A stretch of DNA of 57,999 bases, counting the filler, from Moniliella sp. 'wahieum' (taxonomy: Eukaryota), in assembly GCA_003971905.1 (NCBI GenBank). It is 3 parts of 3 records of this genome, joined end to end, with 100 filler letters (N's around TTAATTAATTAA, not from the genome) between each part and the next. Parts side by side here need not be neighbours in the genome. Positions count along the whole stretch, not along the records: positions 1 to 18,800 come from RSEE01000198.1; positions 18,901 to 37,391 come from RSEE01000199.1; 1 more part is not named here. One strand, written 5' to 3'. Positions 11,954 through 22,499 of this stretch are shown piece after piece. The first letter of the stretch is position 1. Every line of letters begins with the position of its first letter. The notes beneath the pieces are model-generated. The model saw nothing but the letters and a program-made list of their open reading frames with translations. It was not told the DNA's origin and did no database searches. A program made the position numbers and the translations under genes.

Positions 11954-14900
11954 ATGAGCATCCCCCTCCCGACGAACCCCGCCCACCCCCATCGTGAATG
12001 GCATCCACCTCGTGCCAGTCCAGCGCCTGCCTCCACCGTTTAGGTCGTTGTATTCGTTTGGGTTGTTCAATGCAGTGCAAAGTTCCTGCTTCGACCGGGT
12101 ACGTGTGGGCTCTCTTTTTCCGCCCAATGTCGCGATGCAGGCGTTTCCGGGGTTGGTGGGTAGTTACTTACTTGCTTATTGTGTCTTGGGATGCGTGCTG
12201 GCATCGCGTGGGGGTGGGCTGACCACACATGCATGCTACCTTTCTTGCATGTATACATGCATGTATGCATGCGTTCTTGTTTGCTGCTTTTGCGCTTGTT
12301 GGTTGCTTGTGTTCTCTCGTCGCTGCTGGCTTTTTCTGGCTGTGGGGTGGATGGGATGGCAGGCGTTGGGTTCGGATGAGAATATGGTAGTCTGTGCACC
12401 CACTGGGTCTGGCAAGACGGTGGTGTTTGAGTTGGCGATCGTTCGGCACTTGCGGGCTTTGCCTACATTGGCGCCTTCTACTACCAAACCACCACCATAA
12501 CCAACCTGGTTCGTACTGTTTTTGTTTTGCCTTCTTCCTTATGGGCTAACCCTCCTTCTCCCTTTCTCTTTCTCTTCATATGCCTCCTCCCCCCCCCCCC
12601 GCTCTGTCTCATATATGGCCGCAATGGATGGGAATGGTGCAGATTATCTACATGGCACCCAGCAAGGCCCTCATTGCCGAGCGTATGCGTGATTGGACCG
12701 CCCGCTTTGGTCCGCTGGGCTACTCATTGCCGAAGTGACCGGCGATACGACTACCTTCAATCCCAAGCCGCCCGCACCGCCCACATTACCGTAACCACCT
12801 TCGACAAGTTTGAGGCCATGACACGGCGCAAAGAGGACCAACGAAACATCATGGCCCGGGCCCAGTTGGTCCTGATTGACGAAGTGCATCTGTTGCAACA
12901 AGATACGCGTGGACCGCGTCTTGAAGCCGCCGTGAGCCGCATCAAGTTACACAACCATGCTCGCCGCCAGGACGGGATCAACACCCCTACCCGTATCATT
13001 GCCGTGTCGGCAACCATCCCCACCCATCGGATCTTGCCACCTGGATCGGCGCTGCCCATGTCCACCACTTTGGTGACGAATTTCGTCTGTGCCCCAACCG
13101 ACACGTGATCGGCTACCCGCCCGGCCAAGCCACTGGCTTTTCTCAGCACCTAGACCAACACCTCTTCAATCTCATTCGCACCCACGGCGCACCGGCTTTG
13201 GTGTTTGTCCCAACGCGCAACGCGACTGTCGCAAGTGCCCAACGGTTAGCGAGGGACTACGCCAACGCCCGCCGTGGCACGGCGCACTTACCTTGGCCCG
13301 CCGTCCCTCCCAACCGCGGCCTCTCGATTTGATCATCCTGCCTTGGCCGAGGTGGCACGCCACGGCATTGCGTTTCACCACGCTGGGCTTTCGGCTCAGG
13401 ATCGGCATACGATTGAATCCGATTTCCTTCATCGCCGCCTAAGCGTGATCTGTGCCACATCGACCTTGGCTACAGGGACCAATTTACCTGCGCATTTGGT
13501 TATCGTCCGAGGAACTCAAACGTTTACTGCACTGGGTGGAACGAACTCTCCGAACTGGATTTAGTTCAGATGCTGGGACGGGCCGGACGACCGGGGTTTG
13601 ATACCAAGGCGAGGCGGTAGTCATGTGTGCCGCTCCCATGGTAGACACGTATACCAAGCTCGCCACGGGCCAACGACCTATCGAGTCGCAGTTGGGCAAC
13701 CAGTTGCCCGAGTACTTGGTGGGCCGAGGTAATCTATCATCTTTTTCTTCTTCTTTCATTGTCACATCTGGGGGATACGCTATCTGACGCTGATTCCGGA
13801 TTTTGTGTTTGCTGCGAACCAGATTGGCCTCCGGGACAATGTGACCAAGCAGGCGCTCTTGGTCTGGCTTCGGTCCACGTTTTTTTATACCCGCTTGCAG
13901 GCGAACCCGGTACGTTGGAAAAACAGCACTATCCCGATCGCTGAAGTCTCTTAGGCGATCTGAACAGGAAGAGGACGAGACCCGAAAGAAATAGTAGAAG
14001 ACTAACTTGTACTTGCTCATTGTTTTTGCCCCTTCCTCTAACCCTCCGACTCCTCTCTCTTGTTATTCCAAGGAGCACTACCTCCCCTGCGACGATGCAA
14101 CGGTCGAGGTGGCCGATGCAGAGGCAAGTGAGCGGACCTCGTCACTTACTCGACCAAGTTCTTGACCGTCTGCAGCGCCACCGACTTGATTCGAATCGAG
14201 GGCGACACGGTGACGACAAGTGTGTATGGAGGTACGTCGGCCTAACCTACGCTGTGCCCTGTCAGCGATAGAGAATCAGTGCGATTGGTTTGACCTAACC
14301 CGATGCATCCGGGGGGAGGGCAGCCATCATGGCAGAACCTTTGTCTCTTACGACGTATGTCACCCCATCCGCGTTCTTTCGGGTAGGGGAGGGGATAGAA
14401 AATCATGTGCTGACCGCTTTGTGAACAAATGGGGATGGATGACCAGAGCATGCTCACTTTGATGGCATCCTCGGATCGTCCGATCCAGGTAGCGAATTGG
14501 GTACATCATGATGCTTCCCACGTGTACTTAAACAGTGTACTGTTGTTCTGACTTTGCCCTTGTACCAGCTGCACCGTATCGCTTCGGCGGCCGAGTTGAA
14601 GGACCAGCGGGTGCGCCAAGGAGAAGCTCGCTTCTACGACCAATTGCGTCGACATGCCGATCTCCGCTTTCCGCCTGCCAAAGTGACCAGCGCCGCAGAT
14701 AAGGTGTCGCTGTTGATGCAAGTACGTCTTCCCCCTCCCCCTTTCCCCCCCCTTCTTTTTTCTCAAGTTTCCCCTTTTCCCAATCTATCACCTTTCTCTC
14801 CATCCTGCTAGGCGGTTCTCGGGGGCGTCCCTTGAGCCAAGTCTTACATCTGCCCAACCAAAGTACCCCTTCACTCGATGTGCGTGCTATTTTCCGGCTG

Positions 14901-17433
14901 GCGCCCCGCCTGGGTGCGGCAGCATTGGACGTGGCCCTAGCCCAGCAGGATGGCGCGGCGGTTTGTTCGGCTTTCGAAGTGGCTCGTGCGCTCCATGCAG
15001 AAGCGTGGGATGGTTCACCAGCGGTGCTCAAGCAGCTTGATACGTATGTGTTCCCCTTTTTTGCTGTTCTGCCTTTACGTTTTTTTCTGTTCGTTCCCCT
15101 CGGTTTGCTTTTCTCTCGACGCGCTTTTCCATTTAGTCTGGCTGCTGGGACGATATGACTGACGAAGGAATGAAGGATTGGGGAAAAGCACATGCAAACT
15201 CTGTCGTTGGCCGGGTTTGAGAGTATCCTTGATGTTGCGCAAAGCACGTCGTCCCGCCTGGAAAGCTTACTGGGCCGTCACCCACCCGTACGTCCTCTCC
15301 ATTCCCCACCACTTTGCCCAAGGCCCGCTTTCGTATACTTACTCGCCTTTTTCCCCCTTCCGACGTTTCCCAGTTTGGTTCCAATCTGATAAGGAATGCC
15401 AAACGGTTCCCCCTCTTGAAAGTGACTGCGGAGATTACACAGACGACCATCGTGCCTGGCCGTGGTGTCGAAGTGACGCTGACGATCGGCCTGTCGCTGC
15501 ACACGACCAACAGCATTTACCTCCACCGTCGCGACGCGGGCGGTGCCATCTCGGCCGCCGTGCTTACCCTCACCTCGAGCCAAGACTTAGTAGACTTTCG
15601 ACGCATCCCGTACGTCCTTGCTCTTGCTTTCTGTTTGACTGTTTTGTTTCTGGGTTTCTTGTTGACTTCGGTGATTTTCGCATGTCTATTCTTCCTCCCC
15701 ACGCTTTCCCGAATCAGCCTGAAAAGCTTGGCTTCCTCTGCTTCGCATCGATTCCGCGTCCAGGGTCTGTTGACGAAGCCCACCGAGAGCCTGAGCATTG
15801 ACGCATCGTGCCTGGGCATTGCTTCGCCGCTGGTTCATGTTCAGCTTCAACCGGATTTGGACCGTAACAGTTTCCCCCTCTTAGAGGTGAAAAAATCGAC
15901 CTAACAGCGGCTACCATGGTATGTCTTCCTGCATGTCCTCTTCCCTCCTTCTTTCCTTTTGTAACTCGTATCGCTCTCCTTCTCGCCCTTCTCTTTCACC
16001 TGTCCTTCTTTGCCTGGTGCTAACCCGGCGTTCAGTGTTTATCTTCAACCGACGAAACGGCCACCGCCTCCACCTCGACCGCATCCCACCTCGGGCCCAC
16101 CCCGAAGGTTAACAGTATGTGTTGAATCCTCTTTTCTCACTTTAGAGGGTTCTGGGATGGACTGACGGTACCTTATTCTTTTGCCCGCGTCCAGACCCAA
16201 GTTGACTACGGTGCCCTCCCCGACCTCCCATCCCCTACAACGTCTAAAGCGGCGCCTGCGCTCTCTTTCGCCCCAACCTGAAGTAGCAACAGAAAAAGCG
16301 GCTACAGCAACTTTGGTGCCCTCCCCGAACGGAGATGTAACACAAATGTGCCAAACCGTGCAAACACGTCTGTTGCAACCGTCCTGCTACGGCATCTTCC
16401 ATCCCTTCCTCCAATAAAAGTGTCCAGACGAGCAAAGCGCGGGGCAAACGCAAGGTAATGGCCAAGAGCAAGACAAGGGTAAGGGCAAACGCCCCAGTGC
16501 TTACTTATCCGACGAAAGCGACAGTGACTCGGCCCTGTTTGACTGTGCCATCCAGAAAATAAATGCAACAAAGAGAGCGCGCTTGCACTTGCTTTCTTCT
16601 AGCGATACCTCGTCCTCCCCTACCCCGAGCTCGGACGAGTTTTGTGATCCCGCTTTGGATTCGGCGATCGAACTATTGGATCTACAGCTGGTCCGTTCTA
16701 TGGAACAAAGGGCGGATATCAAGACTAGTGGGCCAGGACGGAATGGCGCAGCGCGTCCGACTGCTATCAACCCAGCCTCCGATCTTCTCACGGGCTCGAC
16801 GCACCTGGCCGATTCAGCACAGAGCCCGTTACACACGTCTCGGGATCGTGTTGGATCTACTCTGCCGCGTCGTCGTAGCGTTGCTGTCACGTGCCCGTCC
16901 CATACTCTATCAAGCCATGCCGACCGATCAGCACAGCAGGGAACAGACAATGCCAAGAAACAAAAGACCACCAGCACCGGCACACCCTCCAGCATCGTTC
17001 CTTCTGTATTTACCTTGCGCTCGTCTCCATTCCCCCTGGTCTCGGTACCCGCGGAGGATTGCGCAGTGGATTCGGGGGTTGGGGACAAGCCCACACACGC
17101 TTCGCTATGGCGGAAAGAGGGGGAAGTGGGGGAAGGGAGGACGAGTCGGATGAGCTGGACTCTGATCCGTTTCACCAGGCAAGTGGCCAACCACGTAGTC
17201 AAGCGAGTGGCGAACCAAGTGGCGCAATGAGCGACCGAGAAGATACGACGGCGTGGGGCCCTCCATCGGGATCTACAGTTTTGCCTGCCTCTGCACCGGA
17301 CCGGAACGAAAAAGGCTACCGCGCACTGAACGGGAGAGAGACAACGCACCTGGCCAAGGTTCGGAGGGGGGGAAAGAGGAACAACAACAGGAAAAGGAAG
17401 GGCCAGAAGGATCAGACGTGTTGGAGGACCTGA
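11954..17433 (+). CDS. MER3: Meiotic crossover DExH helicase Mer3/HFM1 (Ski2-like helicase plus Sec63 domain), multi-intron
   Basis: NGIHLVPVQRLPPPFRSLYSFGLFNAVQSSCF; NMVVCAPTGSGKTVVFELAI; IIYMAPSKAL; LVLIDEVHLL..RGPRLEA; RIIAVSAT; GIAFHHAGLS..DRHTIESDF..ICATSTLATGTNLPAHLVIVRGT; QMLGRAGRPGFD; Sec63-like KVSLLMQ..AEAWDGSPAVLKQLD; low-complexity tail, 3' end approximate. Confidence 0.9.
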
Positions 17434-18323
17434 GGATGCTGGACCAGGTACCGATTAGTAGGCGCTCACGGCAGCTGAGCGGGCCGAGTTGTGGTTTTGA
17501 TTGTTTGTTGGCGTGTGAGTTACTTTGACCTAGTGGGTTGCAATGATTCGGTTCTTGGTTCCTCCCTGGACTGAGGTTGTGGGCCCCGTAGGTGAGCTTC
17601 TTCGTGTGGAACTACCGGTTGTCGTCATGAGCTGTTGGGTACGAATGAACAACACAGCACCGTTACCGAACCAAACAGATCCTACTCCATTTGCCCATAG
17701 CACTGCAGGTGTTGACCGATAATTGAATGGTGGGAACGAAATAGCGAGACATACTACTAGGCTGAAAGATGCTAATGATGAGATCGATGAGATGCACAGT
17801 TGCTATAGATGCCAAGTAAAGCTTGCCAGCAACTCTTTTAGGGCGACGCACGCCTGCCCCATTGCTCGAACTAACCACCGCGCGCAACAATCGCCAGCGC
17901 CGTGGACCCAAAGCACCGCTCAAAGAGCGTCTTCCACTGGCACCGCCCGTTTCCCCGCCCATTTCCAGCACAGAAACGCGCAAGACAGCCTGCTATGCGT
18001 CCTCAACTTGTTCCCTTGGCACTTGAGCTTGGATCAGGGAGAAAAAGCAGTACGGTAGGGTGTGGTTCTCATGCATTCATACACGTCGACAGGTGCCTCG
18101 AAGAATGAAAGTATCAAACATACTACCCTAACCCCTCCAGACAGCCTAGACATATGTTCATTGATACATCTGGTATGAGTGACCGATGAAACGATCACCG
18201 GAGCCTAGACATATGTTGTCAGCATCAATTGGTGATTTTCAATTTGAAATCGGCCACCACCTTGTTTGAAAAACGACTAGGTGAAGAATCGCGAGCCCGG
18301 TTGGTGAGAATCGTACAAGCTCT

Positions 18324-18718
18324 GGGTGGGTTGGGTCGGGGTGGGTGGGTTAGGGATGGTGGGTGTAACTTCTCAACGGTGGGTCGGATGGCGAATCTGA
18401 GGCATATGCTGCAACGAGCGGACGATTTCGTAGCGAGCTATCGTCGAGGCCATCGGAGGGTGGGTGGGGTGGGTCGGGGTGGGTAGGGTTAGGGATGGGT
18501 GGGTGTAACTTCTCAACGGTGCGTCGGATGGCGAATCTGAGGCCATATGCTGCAGAGCGGACGATTTCGTAGCGAGCTATCGTCGAGGCCATCGGAGGGT
18601 GGGTGGGGTGGTCGGGTGGGTAGGGTTAGGGATGGTGGGTGTAACTTGTCAACGGTGCGTCCAATCGAGAAACGAGGCCATATGCTGCATAGAGCGGACG
18701 ATTTCGTAGCGAGCTATC
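18324..18718 (+). repeat. Subtelomeric ~140-bp tandem repeat, ~3 units, each with a degenerate TTAGGG-like G tract
   Basis: gacgatttcgtagcgagctatcg recurs at 18421, 18560 and 18697; units contain gggtagggttagggatgg; reverse complement of 41348-41742. Confidence 0.92.
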
Positions 18719-18774
18719 GCCTCGGCATAACTCTGTCCCCTTCGGGTAGCTCGCTATCTACCCTCGGCCTCCCC
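18706..18774 (-). repeat. Single copy (plus a degenerate partial) of the 40-bp subtelomeric satellite unit
   Basis: gtagcgagctatcgcctcggcataactctgtccccttcgggtagctcgctatc is the reverse complement of the unit arrayed at 37492-41360 with one substitution. Confidence 0.92.
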
Positions 18775-18800
18775 TAGGTTAGGGTTAGGGTTAGGGTTAG
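18775..18800 (+). repeat. Telomere (TTAGGG)n at right end of contig 1
   Basis: taggttagggttagggttagggttag running into the gap. Confidence 0.9.
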
Positions 18801-18900
18801 NNNNNNNNNNNNNNNNNNNNNNNNNNNNNNNNNNNNNNNNNNNNTTAATTAATTAANNNNNNNNNNNNNNNNNNNNNNNNNNNNNNNNNNNNNNNNNNNN
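18801..18900. other. Artificial contig linker N44-TTAATTAATTAA-N44 (stops in all six frames)
   Basis: Identical 100-nt structure occurs twice in the window. Confidence 0.97.
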
Positions 18901-18912
18901 ACCCTAACCCTA
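18901..18912 (-). repeat. Telomeric CCCTAA repeats at left end of contig 2
   Basis: accctaacccta as the first bases of the contig; only about two repeats visible. Confidence 0.7.
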
Positions 18913-18993
18913 TTGCAGAACCGTGAACCATCGAGTCTTTGAACGCATCTTGCGCCAGGGGGCTATTCCCCCCGGCATGCCTGTTTGAGTGTT
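18912..18993 (+). rRNA. 5.8S rRNA, 3' half only
   Basis: ATTGCAGAACCGTGAACCATCGAGTCTTTGAACGCATCTTGCGCC...GGCATGCCTGTTTGAGTGT. Confidence 0.95.
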
Positions 18994-19118
18994 GTGAATC
19001 CTTATCATTCGGTGGAATGGATATGGGAGCTTGATCATCGGGGACTCTCCTGAAAAGTACGAAGGTACCACTAGGAAGCGACGTTGTAGTGGGAGGCCGA
19101 TACGAACACCCCCCCGAT
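18994..19118 (+). other. ITS2 (~125 nt)
   Basis: Lies between the 5.8S 3' end and the 28S start GACCTCAGATCAGGTAGG; boundaries approximate. Confidence 0.85.
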
Positions 19119-19447
19119 TCGACCTCAGATCAGGTAGGACTACCCGCTGAACTTAAGCATATCAATAAGCGGAGGAAGAGAAACAAACATGGATTCCCTA
19201 GTAGCGGCGAGCGAAGCGGGATGAGCCCAGATTTGAAAGCTCCCTTGCGGGCGCATTGTAAGCTGGAGACGTGCCTCGTGCGGTGCGGCTGGACGCCAAG
19301 TCTGCTGGAAAGCAGCATCAGAGAGGGTGAGAATCCCGTGTGTCTGGCTGGTGCCGTGTGTTGTGGGGTGCGCTCGACGAGTCGCGTTGTTTGGGAATGC
19401 AGCGCAAAGAGGGGTGGTAAAGGCCATCCAAGGCTAAATATGGGGGA

Positions 19448-19481
<34 letters not shown>

Positions 19482-21258
19482 ATGAAAAGCACTTTGGAAA
19501 GAGAGTTAAAGAGTACGTGAAATTGCCAAAAGGGAAGCGTTGGAAGTCAGTGCCGGAGCGGCGCCGCGTCTGCCCCTCTCGGGGGGTGTACTGTGGCGGC
19601 CGTGGGGCCCATGTCGGTTGCGTGTGGGGGAGAAGGCGGCGCGGAAGGTGGCTTTCCCTCTGGGGGGAGTGTTATAGCCGCGCTGTGGATGCCCCGCGTG
19701 CGACCGAGGACTGCCGTTGGTGGACATGGGCTTAATGGCTTTCAGCGGCCCGTCTTGAAACACGGACCAAGGAGTCTAACATGTATGCGAGTATGTGGGT
19801 GGCAAACCCGGCGTGCGAAATGAAAGTGATGTGGGTACGAACCCTCGGGTGCAGTACCGGCCGGCCCTGCGTGTGCGCACAAGATGGGTCTGAGCAAGAG
19901 CATACCTGTTGGGACCCGAAAGATGGTGAACTTTGCCTGGCTAGGATGAAGCCAGGGGAAACCTGGTGGAGGTCCGTCGCGGTTCTGACGTGCAAATCGA
20001 TCGTTTGAGCTGGGCAAAGGGGCGAAAGACTAATCGAACCATCTAGTAGCTGGTTCCTGCCGAAGTTTCCCTCAGGATAGCAGAAGCTCGTGTGAGAACA
20101 ATTTATGAGGTAAAGCGAATGATTAGAGGCCTTGGGGACGAAATGTTCTTAACCTATTCTCAAACTTTAAATGCGTAAGAAGCACTTGCTGCTGGTTGAG
20201 CTTGTGCGTTGAATGTGAGTTTCTAGTGGGCCATTTTTGGTAAGCAGAACTGGCGATGCGGGATGAACCGATCGTGTGGTTAAGGAGCCAGAGTACACGC
20301 TCATGAGACACCACAAAAGGTGTTGGTACATCTAGACAGTTGGACGGTGGCCATGGAAGTCGGAATCCGCTAAGGAGTGTGTAACAACTCACCAACCGAA
20401 TGTACTAGCCCTGAAAATGGATGGCGCTGAAGCGTGTCTCCCATACCACACCTTTCGTGCCAGAGTTGTGCGAAAGAGTAGGCAGGCGCGGGGGTTTTGT
20501 GCCGAAGCGTTGGGCGTGAGCCTGCGTGGAACGGCCCCTGGTGCAGATCTTGGTGGCAGTAGCAAATATTCAAGCGAGTAACCTTGAAGACTGAAGTGGA
20601 GAAAGGTTCCATGGTAACAGCAGTTGGACATGGGTGAGCCGATCCTAACCGATAGGCTGATGCTGATCCATAGCACCCTTTGGGGGGGTGGTTCGGGAAA
20701 GGGAAGACGGTTAAGATTCCGTCGCCGGGATGAGGATGTATGGAGCGGTAACGCAAGCAAGCCAGGAGACGCTGGCGAGTACCCCAGGAAGAGTTTTCTT
20801 TTCTGCTTAACCATGCTGAGAATGCGCCGTGGAATCGGGTTATCCGGAGAGACGGTGCAGGGCGTGGGAAGAGTGCTGGCGCTACGCTGGCATCTGGTGT
20901 GTGCTCGACGGCCCGTGAAAATCCTGGTGCGGTCTAGTCTCTCGCCCGGTCGTACTGATCACCGCAGCAGGTCTCCAAGGTGAAGAGCCTCTAGTTGAAA
21001 CGAGAACGTAGGTAAGGGAAGTCGGCAAATTTGATCCGTAACTTTGGGAGAAGGATTGGCTCCAAGGCTTGGGTGCTGGCCGGGGCGTGCGGGTGGGCGG
21101 CCTGGGCTGCCGGGGGCGCAAGCTCCTGGCGGCTGGGCGGCGCGCTGCGGCGCGGTCCGAAAGGTGCGCTGAACAAGCGACTTGGAACTGGTACGGACGC
21201 GGGGAATGACTGTCTAATTAAAACATAGCATTGCGATGGCCATAACGTGGTGTTGACG

Positions 21259-21292
<34 letters not shown>

Positions 21293-21314
21293 AGTGAAGA
21301 GATTCAACCAAGCG

Positions 21315-21369
<55 letters not shown>

Positions 21370-21415
21370 TTAATTCGTGACGCGCATGAATGGATTAACG
21401 AGACTCCCACTGTCC
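19119..21415 (+). rRNA. 28S (LSU) rRNA, 5' ~2.3 kb, truncated
   Basis: ACCCGCTGAACTTAAGCATATCAATAAGCGGAGGA; CCCGTCTTGAAACACGGACCAAGGAG; GACTCTCTTAAGGTAGCCAAATGCCTCGTCA; similarity ends at CCCACTGTCC. Confidence 0.97.
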
Positions 21416-22499
21416 ATCTCTGGTGGAGTTCCATCGCGCTTCTGGTTGAATTAACATAATCGCCAGCTCTGTTCCCCCCCTCTCTTCGGAGAGAGGGGGC
21501 TTTGCGCGCCTGAAAGCCAATCCTACTGAACCATACGGCCAGTGGACAAAGAAAAAAGAGTGGCCAAGAAAAGTGAATTTTCCATTTGATCCCTCTCTTT
21601 CCCCTGCTGCCTCTCTGGTAGTGACCCCCCACTGTAAGGTTCCGACTCATTGATATACTGACCCTCTTCCGACTTGTGCGTGTACTGACCCTGCCGATGC
21701 TAACTTGTGAATATACTGTCAAAAGGCAGGTCATCTGAGTAGTGTCTTCCGGCCACTCACCGGAGTATAGTGTTGGATTCCCCTGTAGTCCCCGCACGCG
21801 ACTACTCCCCCATCGCCCCACAGACCAATGCATGCCCCCATATCCCCTTACTCGACCACTACCCCTATCTGCCGCCATAGAACTGTGAACGCGCCGCATA
21901 CCCGATCTGAGACGGTCACCACAACAGCATCACCCAGTCAGATATCATACCGATGGAAGATGACGCCCGCATGGGAATCCTCGGTGCTGCCATTCCTTCT
22001 GCACCCTCCCTCTCTCCAACTGCATCCCCGCGGCTCTGTTTCTATCCACAAACAGCCCCCTTCGAGAGCTCACTTTCGTACTATGAAACCCCCCCCGCCA
22101 CCGCCCACTCCACCAGTGATGAGCAGCTATGTCGCATAGTGCCTCCCAACTTTGCCCCTACCCCTGCCAAACGATCGACCCCCCCCTTCCGCCACCCTAC
22201 TCCCAGTGGTACTCTTACCCACCCTCTTCACGCTGTACTAATCCCACTTGGACGTAACACCAACCATGCTGGCGTTTTGCCGTCCTTCCCAGAGACGTTA
22301 AAGTGTGGCTGCGGTTATATTTCTAACCCTAGTGCCATCAGCCCGTGCACGTGCATCTGCAAGATTGACACGTCACAGTGGCCTGTAGCCGCATGCTCCC
22401 TTTGCCCCACCACCACCACGTATGCCAAGTCATTGTTCCGGCCAGCACTTTCAGCATTTGCGTTAGGCCGACTGACTGCGGTTCGTCGACCAATGTGGG

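Noticed and set aside
11513..12080. Poly-His and MGAMGA repeat proteins
   Set aside because: Translations of the CAC microsatellite and 9-mer repeat in an intergenic region
18845..18856. TTAATTAATTAA palindrome (also at 37436-37447)
   Set aside because: Synthetic six-frame stop linker embedded in Ns
18775..18912. Head-to-head TTAGGG/CCCTAA suggesting a telomere fusion
   Set aside because: The two tracts are separated by an artificial linker and belong to different contigs
19089..21311. ORFs of 65-143 aa in this interval
   Set aside because: They overlap 28S rRNA and are spurious
21400..21560. HDV-like ribozyme or group I intron at the 28S break
   Set aside because: Could not build the P1.1/L3 elements or find group I P7 motifs by eye, and no downstream 28S exon is present
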